Source: Pseudomonadota bacterium (GTDB lineage: Bacteria > Desulfobacterota > Desulfovibrionia > Desulfovibrionales > Desulfovibrionaceae). From it: DNA of 64,000 nt. The notes under the pieces are model-generated. The model was given only the letters and a program-made list of their open reading frames with translations. It was not told the origin of the DNA and made no database searches. Below are positions 19,221 through 27,353 of the stretch, in pieces. The stretch is from NCBI GenBank assembly GCA_023403845.1, contig JAEYDL010000016.1, forward strand, positions 5,315 through 69,314, in the 5' to 3' direction. The stretch's first letter is position 1. Each line of letters opens with the position of its first letter. The translations under genes were made by a program, and so were the position numbers.

Positions 19221-19556
19221 CTAGTGGCAGCCGCCGCAGCAACCACCGCACCCGCTGCTGCCGCAACCTTCCCCCTCGCCGCTATCGGGAAGGGGAACTC
19301 TGGGAATCGGCAGGAATCCCATGGGAGTGAGCTGAATGGACACAGCCTCCACGGCGGTCAACAAGTCCTTGTTGATGCAATATGTAATGCCGTGATCCTC
19401 AACGCTCATATCCTCTTCACCGGGTTCATCCAGCGCCAAGGCGAGACGGGGACCTCCACACCCGCCGGGGGCAAGGTACACTCGAATAGGGGTCTTTTCC
19501 TTGTCCGCAAAGTATGCTTCAAGTTCCCTGCGGGCTTCATCGCTGACCGTGATCAT
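19221..19556 (-). CDS. HesB/IscA-like protein, Cys-containing paralog of the gene at 18385-18708 (111 aa)
   Basis: ORF 19221-19595, trimmed to the ATG at 19556 (SD AGGAGGAAGC). MITVSDEARRELEAYFADKEKTPIRVYLAPGGCGGPRLALALDEP..., with a Cys/Gly-rich tail GCGSSGCGGCCGGCH. Confidence 0.85.
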   Translation of the reverse strand: MITVSDEARRELEAYFADKEKTPIRVYLAPGGCGGPRLALALDEPGEEDMSVEDHGITYCINKDLLTAVEAVSIQLTPMGFLPIPRVPLPDSGEGEGCGSSGCGGCCGGCH

Positions 19557-19937
19557 GCTTCCTCCTGAGGGGTGATATTCAAACCGGCAGCACACGCCAA
19601 TATCGGCATGCCAAGTCCGAAACCGGGTACCTGCCCGGCGCAGGAGCTACCATAGGGTTCTCTGTCCTGTTGTCAAGTTTTCTCTCCAACTGCGGCAGCC
19701 AGCCGGCGGCTTCTTCTCATTTCGACTGCCCAGCCCGGAATGCTCTTTGCGTATATGAACAAGACATGCGGATTTTCCCTTTCGAGAGTACTCTTCCCAG
19801 AAGAAGGGGAATAGGCTATTCTTTCTTCCATCGGGAGAAGAGAGGCGGTCTGCCTTGCCTGCTTCGCTTCACAAAACGCGCAACCGGGACCATGCCGGGA
19901 CGGTCAACTCCCTAATTCATTTCGAAAGGTTTTTTCC

Positions 19938-20474
19938 ATGAAGACGACGAAACTGCTCAATGCCGACGAAATAACCCGTATTCTCGATCGGTTGGCTTTT
20001 CAAATCATTGAACGGCACGGCAACTGCGAACAGACCGTTCTTCTGGGCATTCAGCGCCGAGGAGCGGATCTTGCCCTGCGTCTGGAAAAGATGCTTGAGG
20101 AAAAACTTGGACGCCGGATTCCCTTCGGCACGCTGGATATCAACCTGTATCGGGACGACTGGACTACCTCCAGCGCCAGACCGACCATAGGGGAATCCAA
20201 CATCACGACACCGCTGGACGGCAAAAAGGTTATTCTCGTGGACGATGTGCTGTACACGGGCCGGACCATCCGGGCAGCGCTGGAAGCCATTCTGGATTAT
20301 GGCCGTCCCAGTCAGGTGGAGCTGCTCGTTCTGGTGGACCGCGGTCATCGCGAACTGCCCATTCATGGAGACTATGTGGGACGCACGGTAAATACTGCCA
20401 GAGCGGAAAAGGTCAATGTGCTCCTTGCCGAACGCGACGGCATGGATGAAGTCACGCTGGAAAGCGCTGAGTAG
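19938..20474 (+). CDS. pyrR: Bifunctional pyrimidine operon regulator / uracil phosphoribosyltransferase
   Basis: 178 aa. PRPP-binding motif VILVDDVLYTGRTIRAA, and the N-terminus is PyrR-like. Confidence 0.9.
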   Translation: MKTTKLLNADEITRILDRLAFQIIERHGNCEQTVLLGIQRRGADLALRLEKMLEEKLGRRIPFGTLDINLYRDDWTTSSARPTIGESNITTPLDGKKVILVDDVLYTGRTIRAALEAILDYGRPSQVELLVLVDRGHRELPIHGDYVGRTVNTARAEKVNVLLAERDGMDEVTLESAE

Positions 20475-20477
20475 CCC

Positions 20478-21692
20478 ATGCCCCTGTCCCAGCCCCTGCC
20501 GGAACGCCTGCGTCCCACGGAGCTTTCTCTCTTTGTGGGTCAAAGCCACTTGGCCGAGCGTCTGGAAACGCTCTTGAAGGCTCCGCGGCTCCCCAGCCTT
20601 CTGCTGTTCGGACCTCCCGGCTGCGGCAAATCGACGCTTGCCCTTCTGCTTGCGCACGCCCGGGGCGGGAACGTTCTCCGTCTGAGCGCCCCTGAAGCGG
20701 GACTTCAGCAATTACGCCGGCGCCTTACCGGGATAGATATTCTGGTTCTTGATGAACTGCACCGCTTTTCCAAGGCTCAGCAGGATTTTTTCCTTCCCCT
20801 TCTGGAATCCGGCGAACTGACAATGATCGCCACGACGACGGAAAATCCCTCGTTCAGTGTCACGCGTCAGCTGCTTTCACGACTTCACGTACTGAGGCTG
20901 CGCCAGCTGGGGCGAAACGAGCTGCTGGAGCTTGGCAAACGCGGCGCGGCATCCCTCAATGCCCTTCTGGATGACGAAATTCTTGACTTTCTGGCATCGG
21001 CGGCTCACGGAGACGCGCGCACTCTGCTGAATCTGGTGGAATATGCGGCCTCGCTTCCTGAGGAAAAGCGGACGCTCGTCCATGTCAAGGCTACCTTGCC
21101 CGAAGTTATTGCCCGCCATGACAAGGACGGTGACAGTCACTACGAATATGCCTCGGCTCTGATCAAATCCATTCGTGGAAGCGATCCCGATGCGGCTTTG
21201 TACTATCTGGCCTGTCTTCTGGAAGGAGGAGAGGACCCACGGTTCATCTGCCGGCGTCTGATTCTTTCAGCTTCGGAAGATGTGGGACTTGCCGATCCTC
21301 AGGCGCTTCCGCTGGCTGTGGCATGTCAGCAGGCCGTGGAATTCGTAGGGATGCCTGAGGGATACATTCCTCTGGCAGAAACGACAGTCTATCTGGCTCT
21401 GGCGCGCAAGAGCAACTCCACTTACGCTGCCTATGCCAATGCAGCCCGTGAAGTGAAACTTAACGGCCCCCAGGCCGTTCCTCTGCACCTGCGCAATGCC
21501 TCCACCCTGCTCCAGAAGGAATGGGGCTACGGCAAAGATTACAAATATCCCCATAATTTTCCGCAAGGCTGGGTCGAGCAGGACTACCTGCCTCCTTCCG
21601 TGCGGAATCGAGTATTCTATCAGCCCAAGGAGTACGGCGAAGAGCCGCGGCTGGCGAGCTGGAACCGTCGCCTGAAAAAAAACTCCCGTTGA
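20478..21692 (+). CDS. rarA: Replication-associated recombination protein A (AAA+ ATPase)
   Basis: 404 aa. Walker A GPPGCGKST and a C-terminal MgsA-type domain (YKYPHNFPQGWVEQDYLP). Confidence 0.9.
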   Translation: MPLSQPLPERLRPTELSLFVGQSHLAERLETLLKAPRLPSLLLFGPPGCGKSTLALLLAHARGGNVLRLSAPEAGLQQLRRRLTGIDILVLDELHRFSKAQQDFFLPLLESGELTMIATTTENPSFSVTRQLLSRLHVLRLRQLGRNELLELGKRGAASLNALLDDEILDFLASAAHGDARTLLNLVEYAASLPEEKRTLVHVKATLPEVIARHDKDGDSHYEYASALIKSIRGSDPDAALYYLACLLEGGEDPRFICRRLILSASEDVGLADPQALPLAVACQQAVEFVGMPEGYIPLAETTVYLALARKSNSTYAAYANAAREVKLNGPQAVPLHLRNASTLLQKEWGYGKDYKYPHNFPQGWVEQDYLPPSVRNRVFYQPKEYGEEPRLASWNRRLKKNSR

Positions 21693-21785
21693 AGGAACAT
21701 ATTCCCACCCATGGACGAAAGATGTCCCTTCCCCCTCAAGGCGAAGAAATCCGCGTCCAGCATGGCAATCACAAAGGTCTGAACG

Positions 21786-22592
21786 ATGACAACAGCTCCT
21801 TATATTTTTGAAAAAATGACTTATGCTTCATCCGCTCCGGCTCCCGGCTGGTTCCGAAAAAACTTCCCGGATATGGGCTTCTACGCGCCCCTTCTCCTGA
21901 TCGTGCTCAGAGCGGGGCTGAAGGCCGGCAAGGGCATCTACGACGGAGAAGCCTGGGCCCGCAGCAGCGAAGAGGTCGTAGCCAATCTTGAAGCCAGCGG
22001 ATGTCGTATCGAGGCAACGGGAATGGAACATTTTCGCATGCTCGACGAACCCTGCATCTTCATCGGCAACCACATGAGCACGCTGGAAACCTTCGTTCTG
22101 CCTTCGATCATTCAGCCTTGGAGGGACGTCACCTTCGTCGTCAAGGAAAGCCTGCTCAAATACCCCTTCTTCGGCAAGGTGCTGGGAGCGCGCGAACCCA
22201 TCGTGGTGGGCCGGACCAATCCTCGCGAGGATCTCTCCGCCGTCATGGAAGGCGGAAGCGAACGCCTCAAGGCGGGGCGTTCTCTGATCATCTTTCCCCA
22301 GAGTACCCGTACGCCGATTTTTGACCCCGCGCACTTCAATACCATCGGTGTCAAACTGGCTAGAAGAACCGGCGCTCCGGTAATTCCTGTTGCGCTCAAG
22401 ACCGACGCATGGGGTAACGGTCTGCGGCTCAAGGATTTCGGCCCCATCGATCCCCATAAAACCATCCATTTCGAATTTGGAGAAGCGCTGAAAATTTCCG
22501 GGACGGGCAAGGAAGAACATCAGCATATTTCGGACTTCATCATGTCTCGGCTTGAACGCTGGGAAAAGGAAGACAAGATGCTGCCCCGCTAG
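21786..22592 (+). CDS. Lysophospholipid (1-acyl-sn-glycerol-3-phosphate-type) acyltransferase
   Basis: 268 aa. NHMSTLE (HxxxxD/E-type acyltransferase motif) and a downstream FPQSTRT block. Confidence 0.7.
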   Translation: MTTAPYIFEKMTYASSAPAPGWFRKNFPDMGFYAPLLLIVLRAGLKAGKGIYDGEAWARSSEEVVANLEASGCRIEATGMEHFRMLDEPCIFIGNHMSTLETFVLPSIIQPWRDVTFVVKESLLKYPFFGKVLGAREPIVVGRTNPREDLSAVMEGGSERLKAGRSLIIFPQSTRTPIFDPAHFNTIGVKLARRTGAPVIPVALKTDAWGNGLRLKDFGPIDPHKTIHFEFGEALKISGTGKEEHQHISDFIMSRLERWEKEDKMLPR

Positions 22593-22651
22593 CGACCACC
22601 TCCATTCCGGGCCGGTCCGTTTCCTGACGGCGAGTTCGGCACATTGCGAAA

Positions 22652-22687
22652 AAGCCCTCCGAGAACGATGCTGCTCCCGGAGGGCTT
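22652..22687. terminator. Bidirectional terminator hairpin between convergent genes
   Basis: AAGCCCTCCG (22652-22661) and CGGAGGGCTT (22678-22687) form a perfect 10-bp stem with a 16-nt loop. Confidence 0.65.
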
Positions 22688-22731
22688 GCTTTCTCGTCAT
22701 TCCGGCAATATCCACAGACACGCCCGCGCAG

Positions 22732-23613
22732 TCAGCGTATCGAAACCCTCTGCACGAGTCCCATCAGAGCGTAGACAAGTCGCGCCGCCGTAAAATCCGC
22801 CATATGCATCCCCGGGACAGGGGCCAGTTCCACCACGTCCATCCCAAGAACTCTTCTCCCGCGCAAGGCCCTTTCTGCCAGCCGCAGGGCCTCGTACCAT
22901 CCAAGACCTCCCGGTACAGGGGTTCCGGTTGCGGGCATGATGGAGGGATCAAGACCGTCCACGTCGAAAGTCAGATAGATCCGTTCTGGAAAATCAGGCG
23001 GCAAGAGCTCCTCCGGCATAGACGAAGCGGCGAGGGTCGCGGCATCAAGGAATTCAACGCCGTGCTCCCTGCGAGTGGCAACTTCTTCAAGGCAAAGCGC
23101 CCGGACTCCAAACTGCACCAAAGGCAGGCCGAGTTCCTTTACAGCACGGCACATGACGCATGCATGACTCCAGCGATTCCCCTCATAGCTATCACGCAGG
23201 TCGGCATGGGCATCGAACTGCACTACACCGAATCGCCCATACTTCTCCGCAAGGGCTGCGAGCGCCCCATACGTTACAGTATGTTCGCCCCCAAGAATGA
23301 TCGGCAATCCTCCATAATCCAGAATACGGGCTACAGCGGACTCAATTCGTCCCAGAACAGTCTGAATTTCTCCGGAACAGTCCACGGCAGGCCAGGTGTG
23401 AATGCCAAGTTCGGCAGGGACGGATTCCCCATCCCAGAGCTCCAGCTGGTCGGACGCTTCAAGAATGGCGCACGGTCCTTTCGCCGTCCCTCCACCATAG
23501 GAAACGGAGGCTTCCAGCGGCACAGGCAACATGTGAAAAAAAGCCGAATCAGGCGTACCGGGTGCCAGTTCGGAAGCAAGAAAACGGGCATGGTCGATGG
23601 CGACGACAGACAT
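22732..23613 (-). CDS. speB: Agmatinase (ureohydrolase family)
   Basis: ORF 22732-23688, trimmed to the ATG at 23613 (SD GAGGGGG). Arginase-family Mn sites include GGEHTVT, DAHADL and SFDVDGLDP-like (TFDVDGLDP). Confidence 0.85.
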   Translation of the reverse strand: MSVVAIDHARFLASELAPGTPDSAFFHMLPVPLEASVSYGGGTAKGPCAILEASDQLELWDGESVPAELGIHTWPAVDCSGEIQTVLGRIESAVARILDYGGLPIILGGEHTVTYGALAALAEKYGRFGVVQFDAHADLRDSYEGNRWSHACVMCRAVKELGLPLVQFGVRALCLEEVATRREHGVEFLDAATLAASSMPEELLPPDFPERIYLTFDVDGLDPSIMPATGTPVPGGLGWYEALRLAERALRGRRVLGMDVVELAPVPGMHMADFTAARLVYALMGLVQRVSIR

Positions 23614-24100
23614 GATACCCCCTCTGGTTAACAATACATTTCGGTATGATCGTCTTTTGGCTTCCCCAAAAATATTCTTCCCGCACAACAGGGGAGTCGT
23701 GTCGTTCTATGCCGCAGGTCATCCCGACAGCCTCTCCCCTCATCCACTATGAAAATGACCTTGTTCAAGGTATTGGATCGATCATCATAGAGGGCAACCC
23801 CGATGCCTGCCCCTATCCGATCAGAAGTCCCCGCCTCGATACAGTCTTCGGAATCCTTGCCTGAACGGGCTGGATGTTTCCTGTACAGCCCTTTTCCTGG
23901 GATGACTCTGCTCATCTCTGGCATGCCCACAGCTTCAGCAAAGGATGAACGTGCCTTCGCACATGCTTGAAGGCGGCGTATTAGTCAAGCGTTCCATTTC
24001 CTTTTTCCCGAATCGTTTTTCGCTCCCCATGCCGTTTGCCCGGGGCAGACCAATATGACTACAGCAGCATTTTCCACCTGTTATCAATTGACATTTCTGA

Positions 24101-24146
24101 TGGTTCCTCCTAAAAATCATCAAACGATGATTTTTAGGAGGAACCA
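24101..24146. promoter_or_regulatory. Perfect 21+21 nt palindrome (4-nt centre) covering the putative -10 region and the SD of the MFS gene
   Basis: TGGTTCCTCCTAAAAATCATC-AAAC-GATGATTTTTAGGAGGAACCA, verified base by base. TTGACA at 24088-24093 plus a 17-nt spacer gives TAAAAA at 24111-24116. The right arm contains AGGAGG, about 11 nt before the ATG at 24153. Confidence 0.7.
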
Positions 24147-24152
24147 TACCTC

Positions 24153-25406
24153 ATGTCTCTGTCAACAAACAACCGGTTCACCGGCCCTGGATCGACGCTA
24201 CCCCGCTCCAGGCGGCTCTATCTCGCTCTGGTGCTTGGTATGATGGCGGCTTTTGGCCCCCTGTGCACGGATACCTATCTCCCTTCCCTGCCCGATCTCG
24301 CCTCTGATCTTGAAATATCCACAACGATGACCCAACTGACCATAACGGCCTGTCTGCTTGGAATGGCGCTGGGACAAATTTTTGTCGGTCCCATTTCCGA
24401 CACCAAGGGACGCCGCTGGCCTCTGTTCATCTCTCTGATTCTGTTTACAGCCGCATCCATTTCATGCGCCTTCGCGAATTCCGGAAACGCCTTCATCCTT
24501 CTGCGCCTTGCGCAGGGACTGGGGGGAGCCGGAGGCATCGTTCTCTCCCGCGCCATTGCCTGCGACCTGTTCCGAGGGGCGGAACTCACCAGTTTCATGA
24601 GTCTGCTCATGTCCGTACAGGGGATTGCGCCCATTCTGGGTCCCATTGTAGGAGGCGGCATCGCAAGTCTCGGAAGCTGGCGGCTTATTTTTGCAGCCCT
24701 CGCACTTTTCGGCGTCATTCTGTTTCTCATGACCATTCGCGGCCTCCCGGAAACGCTGTCCACGGAGCCAAAACACGGAGGCGGCATTCTCTCCTCAATC
24801 CGGGGCATGGGAGTCCTGTTCCAGGAAAAGGCCTTCTTATGCTATGCAGGAGTTCAGGGATTCACCATGGCCGGATTCTTCGGCTACGTCGCCGCCTCTC
24901 CGTTCATCATCCAGAATATCTACGGACTTTCGGTCACAGCCTACAGCGTCATCTTTGCCGTCAACGCATTCAGCATCATGCTTGCAGCCCTGCTTACCGG
25001 GCACCTCTCCCGTCGCTTCAAGGATACTACGGTGCTGCGAATCGGCGACACCCTGCGGTGTCTGGCCTGTCTGGCCGTTCTGGCGGTGTCCGTATGCGCG
25101 CCAGCCTCGCCCCTGCCTCTTCTGCTGGCGCTCTTCGGCATGGTGGCTCTGCAGGGCGTAACTCTTACGGTCAGCTTTACTTTGGCCATTGGAGCGCAAA
25201 AGGTAGGCGCCGGCGCGGCTTCGGGAATTCTTGGAGTCGCGGTCTTCATCTTCGGCGCCTTTTCCTCTCCTCTGGTTGGGCTTGCCGGACCAGATACCGC
25301 CGTACCGCTCGGCGTAGTCAGCGCCATGACCGGAATGATTTCTCTTGCCCTGACCATCAGAGGCAACCGGTCCCTGGCGCGAATGCAGTCGCCGGGGAAC
25401 GCGTAA
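24153..25406 (+). CDS. MFS drug efflux transporter, Bcr/CflA subfamily
   Basis: 417 aa with about 12 TM segments. It carries the motifs GPISDTKGRRWPL (MFS motif A-like) and LPSLPDLASDL, typical of Bcr/CflA. Confidence 0.85.
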   Translation: MSLSTNNRFTGPGSTLPRSRRLYLALVLGMMAAFGPLCTDTYLPSLPDLASDLEISTTMTQLTITACLLGMALGQIFVGPISDTKGRRWPLFISLILFTAASISCAFANSGNAFILLRLAQGLGGAGGIVLSRAIACDLFRGAELTSFMSLLMSVQGIAPILGPIVGGGIASLGSWRLIFAALALFGVILFLMTIRGLPETLSTEPKHGGGILSSIRGMGVLFQEKAFLCYAGVQGFTMAGFFGYVAASPFIIQNIYGLSVTAYSVIFAVNAFSIMLAALLTGHLSRRFKDTTVLRIGDTLRCLACLAVLAVSVCAPASPLPLLLALFGMVALQGVTLTVSFTLAIGAQKVGAGAASGILGVAVFIFGAFSSPLVGLAGPDTAVPLGVVSAMTGMISLALTIRGNRSLARMQSPGNA

Positions 25407-25565
25407 CGCCCGAGTGCGCCCTTCCGGCGCCTACGCATCACACTGGTCTCATATGACGAAAATTCGTAAAATCCCCATCGGTCGTCTGTCCCTTTCCTGC
25501 CCTCCAAACATAGCCAAAAAGGAGGCGTCCGATGGGGATCGAACTCCAGAACATACGGAGAAATC

Positions 25566-26201
25566 ATGAAACCGACGAAATATAGAGCCGATTCCCGTCC
25601 ACGTCGAGGGCGCAGACCCGCAGGATCACCCCCGGGACGCGAAGCGCTCATCAAGGCCGCGAATCTTTGTTTCATGCGCCGTGGCTATGGCGCGAGTCTC
25701 AGGGCTATTTCGGCCGCTGCGGGGGTTGATATGGCTCTTGCGGCACGCCTGTTCGGCTCCAAGGAAAAACTCTGGGAAGCGGTCATCACCTGGCACGAAA
25801 CAGTCCTGGAGCGCCATTTTCGTGCAGTAGGCGAACTTGAACGGCGCAATCTGCCGCCTGACGAGGCTCTCCGCCGATTGATAGCCCTGCACGCCGCCCA
25901 TTGTATCACTTTTCCCGGATTTCTTGCCTTTTTCATGCATGAAGCCGTCAATCCGGGACCGCGACTGGACAGTATCGTTGAAAGGCTGGTCGTCCCCATG
26001 CGCCAACATTACCTTCCCTTCATGAAAAGGGCGCGGGACGCGGGCGTCATACAGGTCGTTGATTCCGACCTGGCCCTGACCATCCTTATTACAGGAATCA
26101 GCCTGCCGATGATAGCCCCCATGCTATGCGAGGAGATACACGGAAGAACCAGACTGGCCCGCAAACTGGTCGCCGAAGCGACCCAACTGCTGCTCCATTG
26201 A
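25566..26201 (+). CDS. TetR/AcrR-family transcriptional regulator
   Basis: 211 aa. N-terminal HTH: LIKAANLCFMRRGYGASLRAISAAAGVDMALAARLFGSKEKLWEAV. Confidence 0.85.
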   Translation: MKPTKYRADSRPRRGRRPAGSPPGREALIKAANLCFMRRGYGASLRAISAAAGVDMALAARLFGSKEKLWEAVITWHETVLERHFRAVGELERRNLPPDEALRRLIALHAAHCITFPGFLAFFMHEAVNPGPRLDSIVERLVVPMRQHYLPFMKRARDAGVIQVVDSDLALTILITGISLPMIAPMLCEEIHGRTRLARKLVAEATQLLLH

Positions 26202-26623
26202 TGTCTCGGTTCCTGGGATCCCCTTTAGCGAGGTACGGCAATTCATATCCTGCCAGACACAGCCTTTCCGACCATATACATGGTAATTAACATATAATAT
26301 TTTGAAATAATTATATAACAATACAAAACGCTAACTTCCATGAAACATCATTCGTTGTTTCCGTCGTCCTCGGAAAAACCTAGGATGCCAGCCAATACAG
26401 CGCGAGAGGATGGAAAGAGAAAGTTCATCTTGTTCAACAGACGTATCACGGAACCCGCTTTCCTTCTAAATCCGCAGTGAACACCAGTTCGGCATAAATG
26501 CAGAACCGCCTTGACAGGCCCACGCTGTACGGTAGAAAAGATACAAACCTCATGACGTGGACGTGTTTCGGGCCTGTCCAGCAAAACCCGCGACAGGCGC
26601 ATTCCGAAACCGAAGGAGGCTGT

Positions 26624-27277
26624 ATGCATTCGTTCAGACGACAAACCTACAGCGCTCAGGTGGTCGATTTTATCAAACGCTGCATCCTTGAAGGAGAGCT
26701 GGCTCCCGGCGAACAGGTCAAAGAAGTGCTTCTTGCCGAACGCCTTGGAATCAGTCGTGCTCCTATTCGGGAAGCACTTCAGATTCTTGTACAGGACGGA
26801 CTTATCACTTCCGAGCCGCAAAAAGGAAAATTCATCCGCAAAATGAGCGGACAGGATATTGAAAATGAGTACGCCATCGGCGGCATCCTTGAAGGGGCCG
26901 GAGTGAGTTCGGCGCTTCCACATCTGACCCGTGACGACATGGTCAGGCTGGAAGGCATAGTGAAGCACATGGAGCTTAAGGCCGTCCATGCTGGGGGTCT
27001 CTACGAGCTGGCGGCACTTGACGATATGTTTCACGATGCGCTGCTTGCCCGGTGCGCCAATAGGCGACTCGTGGAAATGGCTCGTACCGCTTGTACCAAC
27101 ATCTCGAAGTTCCTCTTCTACAATTACTGGAACACGCTGTACACACCGATGGAATTCGTTCAGAGACACAAACGGATTCTCGAAGCATTGCGTACACGGG
27201 ACCCTGTTATAGTGGAACGTATGCTTCGCGAGCATTATTGCGAATCGGGTAAAAGAATGTCGCAATATGGCCAATAG
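26624..27277 (+). CDS. GntR-family regulator (FadR/FCD subfamily)
   Basis: ORF 26498-27277, trimmed to the ATG at 26624 (SD GGAGG). wHTH LAERLGISRAPIREALQILVQDGLI plus a C-terminal helical FCD-like domain. Confidence 0.85.
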   Translation: MHSFRRQTYSAQVVDFIKRCILEGELAPGEQVKEVLLAERLGISRAPIREALQILVQDGLITSEPQKGKFIRKMSGQDIENEYAIGGILEGAGVSSALPHLTRDDMVRLEGIVKHMELKAVHAGGLYELAALDDMFHDALLARCANRRLVEMARTACTNISKFLFYNYWNTLYTPMEFVQRHKRILEALRTRDPVIVERMLREHYCESGKRMSQYGQ

Positions 27278-27353
27278 CCGCCAGCAACACAGGTATTTTT
27301 GACACCGCACTTCCCCGGACATCTGCTGAACAACGCCTGAAGGAGCAAGCATT

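Noticed and set aside
22552-23631. 359-aa plus-strand ORF
   Set aside because: It is antisense to speB (agmatinase), which has clear family motifs. The product is Arg/Ser/Gly-rich nonsense.
24126-24136. Shared 11-mer GATGATTTTTA with the palindrome after the flavodoxin gene (about 49433-49443)
   Set aside because: A single 11-nt match in 64 kb is compatible with chance. There is no extended similarity around it.
23935-24243. Two ORFs on opposite strands both encoding MVPPKNH... (23935-24147 minus; 24055-24243 plus)
   Set aside because: The shared peptide is a mirror artefact of the perfect palindrome at 24101-24146. Only the short plus-strand reading is kept, as a speculative leader in the palindrome finding.
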